NCBI GenBank assembly: GCA_951406725.2
Contig: OX597833.1
Span: forward strand, 46,810,001 to 46,874,000
Direction: 5' to 3'
Source of the DNA: Octopus vulgaris
Taxonomy: Eukaryota
Length of the DNA stretch: 64,000 nt
A program made the translations under genes and the position numbers. This document shows, one piece after another, positions 49,524 through 61,524 of this stretch (position 1 is its first letter; each line of letters starts with the position of its first letter). The notes under the pieces were generated by a model. The model was not told where the DNA came from and made no database searches. It saw only the letters and a list, made by a program, of their open reading frames with translations.

Positions 49524-50612
49524 TGTTAATGTTGTTGTTACTGTAGTAGTGGTAGTCGTTTTGTGGTGGTGGTGGTGGTGGTAGTACTTGTAGCAGTTGT
49601 AGTAGAAAGAAAGAAAGGAAGGAAGGAAGGAAGGGAGGAAAGAAAGAAAGAAGGAAGGATGGAAAGAAAGAGAGGGAGGGAGGGAGAGAGGGAGGGAGGG
49701 AGGAAGGAAGGAAGGAAGGAAGGAAGGAAGGAAGGAAGGAAGAAAGAAAGAAATAAGGAAAGAAAGAAAGAAAGAAAGAAGGAAGGAAAGCAGGAAGGAA
49801 AGAAGGAAAGAAGGAAGGAAAGAAGGAAAGAAAGAAAGAAAGAAGCTTGACTGAGGAGAAGGCTCAGGTTGAGTGACAAGAGAGGAGAAATTAGAGAAAC
49901 AGCAACAACAACAACAATAGTTCGTTTATTAATGAAGGAGGAAGGTGAGAGAAGGTGGGAGGCGGGCGGGGGGGGGTAAATAAAGATATTAAGCAGATGT
50001 TGGGGGAGTGTTTAATTACTGCAGTGAGGTGACGGGGGCGGGAGGAGGAGGGGGAGGGGGGCATATACTGAAGGGATTAAAGGTTGAAATGCTGGCTACA
50101 GAGTGCAGCCCAGCAGCTTCATTTGCACAAGTGTATGTAACGAGAATATATTGAGGGTGGATGTGTGGGTAGATATGCAAATATACCAATGAATATGCAT
50201 ATGATTTAGAGAGGGGGATGGGGTGGGGAGGGAGCAGGGTAAGAAGGGGAGCAGGGGATGGAGGGTTGGAGAGGGGGGAAGAGGTGGGAAGAGGGGAGAG
50301 AGAGGGTGGAAGAGAGGGGAAGAGAGAGGGGAAGAGAGGGGAAGAGAGAGTGAAGAGGGGGAAGAGAGAGGGAAGAGGGGGAAGATAGAGGGAAGAGGGG
50401 GGGAGAGAGGAGAGAGGTTTGAAGAGAGGGGAAGAAAGAGAGGGGGAGAGAGGGGAAGAGAGAGGGGGAGAGGGGAAGAGAGAGGGGAAGAGAGAGAGAG
50501 GGGAAGAGAGAGAGAGGGCGAGAGAGGGGGAGAGAGAGGGCAAGAGAGAGAGAGAGAGAGAGAAAGCATGGATGTGTATTGTGTATGTATAAACGTGTGT
50601 GTGTATGTGTGT

Positions 50613-50656
<44 letters not shown>

Positions 50657-52350
50657 TTAAGAGCATGACAGCAGAGGCTTGTTAGTTATGCATTCCTACA
50701 CATAATGTTGGTATGTGTATAGATATACATGTGTATTAAGGTGAACAGGTGTGTGTGCGTGTGTATGTGAATGTGTGAGTGTGTGTGAGAGAGCATGTGA
50801 GTGTGTGTTTGTGTGTGTGTGTGTGTGTGAGAGAGAGAGGGCAGGTGTGTGTATATGTGAATGTGTGAACAGGTGTGTGTGTGCATGTGAGCAGGTGTGT
50901 GTATATGTGAAAGTGTGAACAGATGTGTATGTGTGTGTGTGTGTGTGTGCATGAGAAGGTGTGTGTGTATGTGAAAGTGTGAACAGGTGTGTGTGTGTGT
51001 TTGAGCAGGTGTGTGTATATGTGAAAGTGTGAGCAGATGTGTGTGTGTGTGCGTGAGGTGTGTACATATGTGAATGTGTGAACAGGTGTGTGTGTATATG
51101 TGAAAGTGTGAGCAGATGTATGTGTGTATGTGTGTGTGCGCGAGAAGGTGCGTGTATGTGAATATGTGAACAGGTGTGTGTGAGCAGGTGTGTATGTGTG
51201 TGTGTGTGTAGGTGTGCATGTGTGTGTGTGTGTGTTTGTGTGTGCATGCATGAATGTGAACAAGTGTGTCTCTATGTGAACAGGTATGTCAGTGTGAGTG
51301 GGTGTAAGAATGAACATGTGAGTGTGAGTATGTATTTATGAATGTGAGTGGGTGTGAGTATGAGAATGCTATGTGAGAGGGGGGGGTCATGTGTGAATGG
51401 AAGTGAGTGTGAGGTGTTAGTGAGAAAAATTACGTATAGGTGTGTACATGTGCGTGTGTGTCTGTGTGTCCCCAGCACGTACATGTATGTGAGCATGAGG
51501 GGGACAAATGTGTAAGTACATGTGTAAATGCATGTGTGTGTGTGTGTGTGTGTGTGTGTGAGTTAATGTGCATGTATATGAGAGAATTTAAGCGCATGAG
51601 TGTGTGCACATGTGGTTGTGTGTGGACACCCGTACACATGAGCACATGTAGGTATATATGTGGGCGGAGAGAGTGTGTGTGTGTGTGTGTGTGAAAATGT
51701 GTGTACATAAGTGAAAGCATGTGTGTGGATACAATTAAATTTGCGTGTGCATGTGTGTGTGTGTGGTATATGCTAATGACTAAATGTAGTATACTGTGTG
51801 TATGTGTGTATGTATTATGTGTGTGGGTGTGTGTGATATTCATGTGTGTGTATGCAAATGTGTGTACATAAGTGAAAGCATGTGTGTGGATACGATTAAA
51901 TTTTTGGGGGGGGCGCTATGCAAATGTGTGTACATAAGTGAAAGCATGTGTGTGGATACAATTAAATTTGCGTGTGCATGTGTGTGTGTGTGTGTGGTAT
52001 ATGCTAATGACTAAATGTAGTATACTGTGTGTGTGTGTGTGTGTGTGTGCATTATGTATGTGGGTGTGTGTATGTATTATGTGTGTGGGTGTGTGTATCT
52101 ATTATGTGTGTGGGTGTGTGTAATATTCATGTTTGTTAGTGACTGTGTATATACGATATCGATGAGAGTGAATATATGTGAGGTGTATATGATGTGAATG
52201 ACTATGTAGTCTACATGTGTATGCATGTTTGTTAATGAATATGTATCATACCTATGTATCTGTGTAAGCGAATGTGTGTGTGTGGCGCATATGATGTATG
52301 AGAGCGGTTATGCATAGTATGCGCATGGGGGACAGGTGGTATAGAGTGTG
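49470..52350. repeat. ~3-kb low-complexity block: (GTA)n, (GGAA)n, GA-rich polypurine, (TG)n-derived minisatellites
   Basis: Direct inspection. Internal duplications at about 51695-51800, 51856-51905 and 51921-52030. Confidence 0.9.
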
Positions 52351-52589
52351 TGAGTGTATATGTTTGCACACATATGTAATTTGAATTCCAGCCTGGTATT
52401 TATTTATGTTAGCAATGCATTTTATAACCATTAACTTTTGTCATCATTCGAGAAATATTTCTTGAATTCCAAATTACCTGGCAACCATATCTAAATGGAT
52501 GACCTGTTTCTCATCCAACACAGAATCAGTCATAGCTAGCTGCAAAGAAGACTGTTAAATATAAACATTATATATATATATATATATAT

Positions 52590-52880
52590 CATCGTGACTG
52601 ACCAGGCTATCAGATGTTGCTACACATCGCTGGTCACAATGCACTTCACATTGTTTTAGCCTTCAAATGACGCTAAGCGAGCAGGCCAACAGAAGAAAGA
52701 GTGAGAGAAAGTTGTGGCGAAAGAGTACAGCAGGGATCGCCACCACCCCCTGCCGGAGCCTCGTGGAGTTTTAGGTGTTTTCACTCAATAAACACTCACA
52801 ACGCCCAGTCTGGGAATCGAAACCGCGATCCTATGACCGCGAGTCTGCTGCCCTAACCACTGGGCCATTGCGCCTTCACA
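52590..52880 (-). mobile_element. SINE family D
   Basis: Near-identical to 30655-30962. Flanked by (TA)n. Confidence 0.88.
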
Positions 52881-53102
52881 CACATATATATATATATATA
52901 TATATAATATCAGTCTAACAATAATAATAATAATGGTTTCAAATTTTGCCAAAAGGGCAACAATTTGTGGGGAGGGGATGAGTCAATTACACTGACCCCA
53001 GTGTTCAACTGGTACTTATTTTATCGACCTTGAAAGGATGAAGGGAAAATCAACCTCAGAGGAATTTGAACTCCACCTTATAAATAATAATAATAATAAT
53101 AA

Positions 53103-53534
53103 TTCATTCTTTTTATTGGCCACAAGGGCTGACAAATATGATTGGAAAACATAAAGGGACAAAACAGGACGAAAGGTTACAAAAGATTTCGTCCGTTTGT
53201 GAAAAAAACGAGTAAAAAGCAGTTTAACAATCAAAATTTTTAACAACGAAAAGCTCCCAATAGAGGAGACGCTTCGAAAAAAGAAAAGGTTTCACGTGGA
53301 ATAAAAGCCACGGGAGCCTGGTCAAAAGGGGGGTAGAGAGCCCCTTTCTCCTTTTATAATACCTTTTTCAGTTACAGGCGAAATCTGAGAATTAGTCCAT
53401 TTATACTGGCCATTCTTGCACAATTCACCCACCTTTCAGAAAACTTGCTATCAGATAGCACTCTCCTCTCTAACCTCATCTTCCTTTTCAAGTGAAACTT
53501 GAAAAAGTTGATGAGGCCTTGACCAAAGAGGAAA

Positions 53535-53535
<1 letters not shown>
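53103..53535 (-). mobile_element. 3' end of an L1/Tx1-type LINE inserted in (AAT)n
   Basis: 53533-53372 translates without internal stops as FLFGQGLINFFKFHLKRKMRLERRVLSDSKFSERWVNCARMASINGLILRFRL*, resembling Tx1-clade ORF2 C-termini. The 3' UTR ends cagcccttgtggccaataaaaagaatgaa. Confidence 0.68.
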
Positions 53536-53577
<42 letters not shown>

Positions 53578-53578
<1 letters not shown>

Positions 53579-53945
53579 TGGTACAGGTAAAATATATCCC
53601 TGTAGTTATAGGTGTATTAGGAACTATCCTTAACCCTTTAGTATTCAGACCATTCTGTCAAATGTAATATTTATTTATTCATATTGTTCCCAATTAATCA
53701 AGCATTATTTTGTTATTTCAAGGCTTTGATGATGTCATTGTTTATTTTGAGAATGACATTGTAGGATAGATGAGAGAGGCCAGAACTGGTAAGTTTGAAC
53801 ATAAAACAGGTAGAAGTATTTGACCGGATATAGCTGGTTTAAATGCTAAATGGATAGGAAAAAAAGGGGCATAAAACCTAGTTTAGCGCAGCTCCAGAAA
53901 ACAGTGTTATTAGGAACAGCTAGGATACTTAGGAAGATATCCATA
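53578..53945 (+). mobile_element. Old Dong/R4 endonuclease fragment split by a piggyBac-type MITE (53634-53853)
   Basis: VQVKYIPVVIGVLGTI | MITE | GIKPSLAQLQKTVLLGTARILRKI: the characteristic PVVIG.LG...LQK..LLGTARILRK motif. Confidence 0.85.
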
Positions 53946-55026
53946 AGCCACTGACAAAGCCTGTACATAGTCACAACACACTAGAAATAGCAGCCTCATA
54001 TCTCCCTCAGATCACCCCCCCCCTATCTGATGTCTTGACCTTTTTTACCTTCATCACTATAATGGCCTCTGCTCCTTGGAGCTGGCTGGAGGATAGGGGT
54101 CCATATTACAACTACTCAGACATTTATAATCCATCTTCTCTTCTCACAACTCCTCTTGTATTCAACTATCCAGGTCCTACACTAACCACCATGAACATTA
54201 TGCCTGGTCCTTTCTTCTTAAAATATAAGCCTCTGGAACTTCTACCCCCTACACACACACACCTGTTCGTATCACTCTTGCAGGTGTTAATTTGCAATGT
54301 TTCAAGAAGAATGCTAATGGCATCAATCCCTCTCGTCTCAAAGAGCCTCAAAAAGTCATGAGGCATTGCTCCCTTACCCGCCAGATCAACTAAGAGAAAA
54401 ACAAAAAAAAATATTGGATAACGTGGTACTGTTGTAGGTTTAAACCAGTGCTCCACAATTGGCATGCCATGGCACACTAGTGTGCCACAAGATGATGCTA
54501 GGTGTGTTGCCTAGCAACCTGAATGCTCTTACTCTCTTTTTACTCTTTTACTTGTTTCTGTCATTTGACTGCGCCCATTTCGCTTTATTTCGCATTACTC
54601 CTGTCCACTCAGCCGGCAAAAATTAGTTGTGCCTGTATATTCAAAAGGCCAGCCTTGTCACATTCTGTGGCATGCTGAGTCTCCCAGAGAACTGTGTTAA
54701 GTGTATGTGTACCCGTGAAGTTTTCAACCACTTGCACATAATTTCATGAGCAGGCTGTTTAGTTTATCAAATTAACTGGAACTTTTATTGTTATAACCAA
54801 CAGCCATGTATACAATATAGATTGTTAACAGAATGGATGAAGTAGACAAGCAGCTACAATGGAATGACAGGACTGGATTTATCATAGCTTTGTGACACAT
54901 CTCTCCCTTTGAAATGCAAGGTTGATGTCATGGAGAACACCTGCCCAAGGTGCCTTGCAGTGGGACTGAACCTCAAACCATGTGACTAGAAAGCAAACTT
55001 CCTACCACACAACTACACGTCATATA

Positions 55027-55243
55027 CGAGAGGGTACTGGAAAGTTCCCGGTTGTGGGTAAAAGAAAATACAGGAGGATCAGTCACTTATGATTTCATTT
55101 AACATATTCCCCTCTCAGATTCACGCACTTATTGCTGTGGTCCTTCAGTTTTTCTAAGCCCTGTATAAGAACTTGAAATTTTGGGCCTCCAACTAAGCCG
55201 TTTGCAATACTTTTAAAGCCAAGAACTTTTCAGCACCTCCTTG
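55027..55243. mobile_element. Mariner-type MITE
   Basis: TA|cgagagggtactggaaagttc...gaacttttcagcacctccttg|TA. Confidence 0.8.
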
Positions 55244-55264
55244 TATATGTATGTATATGTATAT

Positions 55265-55455
55265 GTGACCGCGTGTGTACCGTTGGTGATTTTTTCCTCT
55301 GTCTTCCCTTCTCTGGATCTTTCCTTCTCCTATGTTTCCGACGAAGAGCTCCGCTCGAAACATTAAACCCTCCTTCTTTCCGGAGCGTCCAATAATACTA
55401 TATTTGTTCCATGTCCTCGCGTTGTTGTGCTTTTTTTGTGTGCTTTCATGTTTGG
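55265..55455 (+). mobile_element. Hammerhead-bearing Penelope-like non-coding element; 3' part re-duplicated at ~55541-55620
   Basis: Homologous to 46481-46693. tccaataatactatatttgttcc...tttggattaactttatatat is present twice. Confidence 0.75.
55334..55368 (+). ncRNA. Minimal hammerhead motif, probably inactivated
   Basis: GUUU-CCGACGA-a-GAGC(ucc)GCUC-GAAAC-AUU-AAAC. It has U4C and a G-to-A change at the stem III CpG relative to 46588-46622. Confidence 0.55.
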
Positions 55456-55493
55456 ATTAACTTTATATATATGTATGTATGTATGTAAGTATG

Positions 55494-55526
<33 letters not shown>

Positions 55527-56159
55527 TGAGGGAATATTATTCCAATAATACTATATTTGTTCCACATCCTCGCGTTGTTGTGTTTTTTTTGTGTGCTTTC
55601 ATGTTTGGATTAACTTTATATATATGTATGCATGTATGTATGTATATAATAATAATAAAAGGTGTTTTTTTCTCATTTGTGCGTGTGTGTGTATATGCAG
55701 GTGGCATGTAAAAGCACCCATTACACTCTCAGAGTGGTTGGCATTAGGAAGGGCAACCAGTCATAGAAAACCATGCTACATTAGATTGGTGTCTGGTGCA
55801 GCCTTCTGGCATGCCAGCCTGCTCAAACCATCCAACCCATGACAGCATGGAAAATGAACGTTTGATGATAATGATGATGATATATATATGATGTCTGTCT
55901 GCAATACTGTGTCAGACTGATTGCATATTTCTGATGTGAATATAAACTACAATAACAGAGTATGTGAGTATGAAATGGGAGACGAAGGCCAAGAGAAACA
56001 TAAGAGAGAGGGGGAGGAGAGCGGAAAAGAAAGAGGAGGAAAAGAGAGAAATGGAGGAAAAAACAGGTGAATGAGAGAGGAACAAAGAAAAGAAAGAAAT
56101 GGAACAAGGAGAGAAGGGAGGAGGAGAGTGCAAAGGAGGAAGACAGAGAGACAGAATGG

Positions 56160-56430
<271 letters not shown>

Positions 56431-56679
56431 AGAGGAAACAAGAGAGAGAATGATAGTCAGAAAGAGAAAGTGGAAAAGATACAGAAATAAAAACAAGCAC
56501 AAGAGGAGCAGAGAGATGGAGAATCAGAAAGAGAGCAGAGAAAGATATATAGAGAGGGAGAGGGACAGAGAGAGAGAGAAAGAGTGAGAGAGAGAAAAAG
56601 AGTGAGGTGTCACGAGAGGTGTAGGGTTGCTCACAAGCAAGAATCTCATTAGGTGGCAGCTAACGATATGACTTTTCAG

Positions 56680-56764
56680 ATATGATCTGTTTGGTCAAAG
56701 CATTAAAATACGGCTTGACGGCTTGACTACAGAACAAGCAGCATAAAATACCTTGTCTGTCCAG
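56680..56764 (+). other. Candidate 85-nt internal exon, apparently non-coding
   Basis: Branch-like ctaac, acceptor acttttcAG|, perfect donor CAG|GTAAGT, unique sequence. Stops in all three frames. Confidence 0.5.
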
Positions 56765-57234
56765 GTAAGTAATATCGTAATCTATAAGTAATTAGGATTC
56801 TATCAATCGATAAATAAATAGATACAGTTGCCAACAAGCTATGGCTGAGTTTAGTTAGGAAACTGAATGGTTAAGAAGTTTTGATTTGCAGCCACCTAGC
56901 TGTGGTTCTGGGTTCAATCCCACTGTGTGGAATCTAGAGTGTCTTCAGCCATAGCCTAAAGTCCTCAATGCCTTTTGAGTGAAATGTAATAAATGGAAAC
57001 TGTATGGAAGCCTATGATATGCATATGTGTATATGTCTAGTGGCAAAAGATATATGCAGGAGTGGCTATGTGATTAAGAAGCTTTCTTCACAACCACATG
57101 GTTTCAGGTTCAGTCCCACTGCATGGCACCATGGGCAAGTATCTTCGACTATAGCCCTGGGTCAACCAATCCCTTATGAGTGGATTTGGTAGATTGAAAT
57201 TGTGTAGAAGTCTAAACAACAACAATAATTGATT

Positions 57235-57637
57235 TACTCTTTTACTTGTTTCAGTCATTTGACTGTGGCCATGCTGGAGCACTGTCTTTAGTCAAGCAAA
57301 TCAACCCCAGGACTTATTCTTTGTAAGCCTAGTACTTATTCTATCGGTCTCTTTTTCCGAACCGCTAAGTTACGGGGACATAAACACACCGGCACTGGTT
57401 GTCAAGTGATGTTGGGGGGGACAAGCATATACACACACATACATATCTATAAATATATATATATACATATATACGACGGGATTCTTTCAGTTTCCATCTA
57501 CCAAATCCACTCACATGGCTTCGGTCAGCCTGAGGGTATAGAAGAAGACACTTTCCCAAGGTGCCACGCAGTGGGACTGAACTAGGAACCATGTGGTCTG
57601 TAAGCAAGCTACTTACCACACAGCCACTCCTGCACCT
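57235..57637 (-). mobile_element. SINE family A, full length
   Basis: Reverse complement of 8808-9214. Confidence 0.9.
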
Positions 57638-58683
57638 AAATGTTGATTTAGCACCAACACTTAAATCTTTAATGCCTTTAGTAAAGTCTGCCCCGGGTTA
57701 AATCCCCAGGAAAAGAGCAACATCCTCCTTTTCTTGTCCTCCCAGTCTCAATGGCCATAGAAAAGGTCACAGGTGCTGCCACCCCACCTCCTGCTGTAAG
57801 TATTTTTTTAAAAATGACATAATAAATAAATAAAATTAAAAAACAGCAGTAGGTTTAGTCTAATCACCCTCACTTAATTGCCAATGCAATAATTTCAAAA
57901 ATACTTGTTACAGACACACAACCTACCACATTTACATACACACCCTACTAAACACATCCTACCACACACACACCCTACTATGCACACATACCCACAAACA
58001 CTTCGACTACACGTACATGCATGCCCATGTAAACATATACACACAGAAATGTGCAGTCTTTGACCCAGGCATTACAATAATATGTCTAATCTCTATTACA
58101 GCAGGTGCTATTAATTCTTTCATTCGTTTATTTGGAAAAACAGTGGCAAGTAATTAACTCTGTTTGAAATGTGTTTTTTTTTTCTTTGGGAATGTAATTT
58201 AACCAAATATAGAAATAACAACAAAAGAAAAAATGCAAAGACATTTTGATGGGAAATTCTTTATACTTGCATTTTATTATTAAACTGTTTTACAGACTGC
58301 AGTAGAATTGCAGTGCAGTGATTGCAGAACCTATGGCATACATGTCAGCAGTGACATGCCACTGGGGTATTTTAGGTTGTCATGTAATGGACTCTGATAG
58401 ACAAGAGAAAAAAAAACTTCCAACAATATCATGTTACTAAAAGTTTATCCATAATCATTTACCTAGCTGAAGAAATTACATGTAGACAAGCAAGTGACAC
58501 TACAATAACAGGATTATTAAAGAACCAACATTTCAACATGCCAGCTTAAAAGGTTCACCATCACTGTTCTTTTGTATATAATACTAGCAAAGAAATGAAA
58601 CCAAGTTAATGAAATGGAAAATACAATGACGAATACAATGGCTTCAAATTTTGGCACAAGCCAGCAACTTTAGAAGGTTGTTG

Positions 58684-59133
58684 GGATCTTTTCCTTTTGA
58701 TAGCCAGATTTCAACACAATTCATACGTATACGGAAAGCGTGTGTTACGGAAAGTATGTGTGTAAAATTATAGAATTATTTTGATTGTTAATTGTTTAAA
58801 TCACTTTCCATTGCTTTCAGGCTTTTTTACACGCGTAACAATTAAATTAATTTAACAATTAAGAAAAAAAAATTAGGGTTAGGGTTAGTTACAGGATGTT
58901 GTCTCAGTTTTAGACGCAGCAAATGTTGTTTACCCAAATGGAGGTAATCGATTGGTTAAAATTGCCAAAATGCTTGGATTTTCAGACGAAATATCTTACA
59001 ACATATAGAATTTTCTCAATAAAGCCAAGAAAAAATGATGTCTTATAAACACATTCTACCAGTATACGAAGTTTAAAAGTGTTTAGTTAACTAGAAATTG
59101 TGTTGAAATCTGGCTATCAAAAGGAAAAGATCC
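58684..59133. mobile_element. 450-bp MITE with perfect 38-bp TIRs and 8-bp TSD (Merlin-like termini)
   Basis: ggttgttg|GGATCTTTTCCTTTTGATAGCCAGATTTCAACACAATT...AATTGTGTTGAAATCTGGCTATCAAAAGGAAAAGATCC|ggttgttg. Confidence 0.9.
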
Positions 59134-59156
59134 GGTTGTTGTTAGTCAATAACATC

Positions 59157-59583
59157 AACCTTGTTGCAAATTCTACTTCCTATAACTGATCAGGTTTGGC
59201 CATCTCTCAGCCATCAGCAAACACACCAATGATAACACAGAATGCTGCTACCTGAATGCTGACATATTGGCCAAATCTGAGGACTTTACCAGATCATGTC
59301 ACTGGTAGTAGCAACAGGTGATGTGTACAAAGGGCAGGGGCATGGTCAATGTGGGCTGATGACCTACACCTACTGGGAATTCCTCATTTACAGGGTTCAT
59401 TACAGGTCCAAATTCCAAAGATCAATGATCAGGTTCAAAAGTTTCCTGAGACACTTGGGTCAGGGGAAATGCACCCACTGATACCTCCTATGTAGCTTGC
59501 ATGTGGCTCTGGACATCTAAGGGCATCACAAACCTGTTACTGCTTCACCTTGTGCAGTTTTTTTCCACCTGTCCATCTAAGAA
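59157..59583 (-). pseudogene. Decayed 18S rRNA fragment (3' region, roughly V7-V9)
   Basis: The plus strand carries antisense 18S landmarks in order: aaccttgtt..a.tt.tacttcct, ggtagtagc.ac.gg.g.tgtgtacaaagggcaggg, tactgggaattcctc, ggacatctaagggcatcaca.acctgtta.tgct, tgtcc.tctaagaa. Many CG-to-TG/CA changes. Confidence 0.9.
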
Positions 59584-61524
59584 ATGCTGCATTTTCCAAT
59601 TGATTGACCTGGATGTGATGGTGTACCACTGCCATGTTTGCACAGGCCGAGTCAACTGGATTACTACTATTCCTCCACAACTGATGCTGCAACCATGCCG
59701 TGATCACCAGTGAGGGCAACTGGACATGGCTGCAACACTACACTCAAAAGAGAGCTGTGGTAATAGCAAGCCCAGGCTACACATGGAGCTACCATTCGAC
59801 TTATAATATAATCGACTTAATCTGTTTGTCTGCCCTTGTTTGTTCCCTCTGTGTGTAGCCCCTTGTGGGCAGTAAAGAAATAAGAAACAACCAGACAGAT
59901 TGCTCCACCAACTGAGAACAGCCAAGCACCACCACCCATCAAATCAAGAAAGAGCTAACTAAAATGGTACTTTATTTCATCAATGCTGAAAGAATGAAGG
60001 GAAAAGTCAACTTTGGCAGAATCTGAACTCACTGTAACAAGTCAGAAGAAAAGCCACAAAGCATTTTTCCCCCAACAGTGTAACAATTCTGCCAACTCAG
60101 CACCATTATTGAATAATATAATGGTAACAATACTTAGTGAGATTACTGAACCAAAATCACAAAGAAAACCCATAGAAAATTATCTGCAAGAGAATAGGAA
60201 TAGGCAGCATGGACCCGCTTTTGCTATTTTAGGTGCCTTTGTAGTCGTGGGCAGATACAGATGCCCTCTCGACCCTCTCATCCTTGAACCAATGGAATAT
60301 CAAGGATGTGACAGCTGTAGAAAGAAAGACCTGCACCAGTGCTCAGCGGGTGCTCATTTCAGCTGAGCAAACAGGAGTGATGTGAAATGAAGTGTCATGC
60401 TCAAGGGCACAACTTGATGCTAAGTCTGGAACTAGAACCCACAATCTTAAGATTATGAGATGAAGACCTTAACCACAAGGCCACATACCTTCACTAACGA
60501 ACCATAAATAACGATTGTTGATTACTTAGATAGGTTCAAAGCCAAAGATTTTGGAGGGAGTGTATAGCTGATTATAACTACCCAATAATATTTGCTTTTT
60601 ACCCTATGTGGAGGAAACAAAGTTGACTCTGGTGAGATTTGAACCAAGAACTCAGAATACTTTTGTTTTAAACAGGTAGTAGGTCAATCTTTGTCGGCAA
60701 GGAGTATACTTGCTTAAATCAAGCCCAGCATGCTACTGGTACTTCCATGTGGAAGGCAATTATACCTAAGAAAGAAATTGTTACTGTGCATATAACTATT
60801 ATTCCAACATTTGAATTTAATTATAAAATATTAATGATTATTAATATAATAAATATTAATTGTTAACATGATTATAATATGATGGTGATTGGTTCTTTTA
60901 TGTCTTCAGTTAAACAGAGACAGTATGTTCATCATGAAAATCATTATTTTTAACATCTACTTTTCTATGTTTGCATGGATCAGATGAGAGTACATTGGAG
61001 CAGAGTGTTTTAAAGCCAGAATCCCTTCCTGATGCTGATCCCTACATTGTTTCCACACAAGATAATAATCTCAGTCTATCAAACAACAAACAGCTTACAC
61101 AGGTTTATGATGAAAACCGGGATGGTGGCACATAAAAAGCACCTTTCAAGCATTGGGCTTCACAGAGGCAATAACAAACGACCAAGACTTTTGGCAAAAT
61201 ACTGTGCTTGAGAAGAAAACCCATCAAGCCAAATTGTAGTTGTGGCAAATACTGGTGTCATGCAACTGACACCCATACCAGTGATATGCAAAAGCACTGA
61301 TTACTCTTGGAATGGTTGGTGATAGGAAGAGCATCCAGCTGTAGAAACCATACCTAATCAGACAGGAGACTGGTGCAACCCCTCAGCTTACCAGCCCTGA
61401 TCAAACCGTCCAACCCATGCTAATATAGACAGTGGATGTTAAATGATGATTTTACAGACAAGCAAAAAATTTTGATTACAGTATAACTGTGAAAACAGCA
61501 GAAAGATTGAGGAAATATCCTTAG

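Noticed and set aside
54035-54477. Overlapping 103-108-aa ORFs in non-repetitive sequence
   Set aside because: Non-ATG starts and no recognisable motif. Possibly decayed TE sequence, but I cannot assign it.
58873-58888. Interstitial telomere or chromosome fusion site
   Set aside because: Under three TTAGGG units, located inside a MITE.
59157-59583. Functional rRNA gene or contaminant rDNA
   Set aside because: Partial, heavily mutated at invariant positions and embedded among host repeats.
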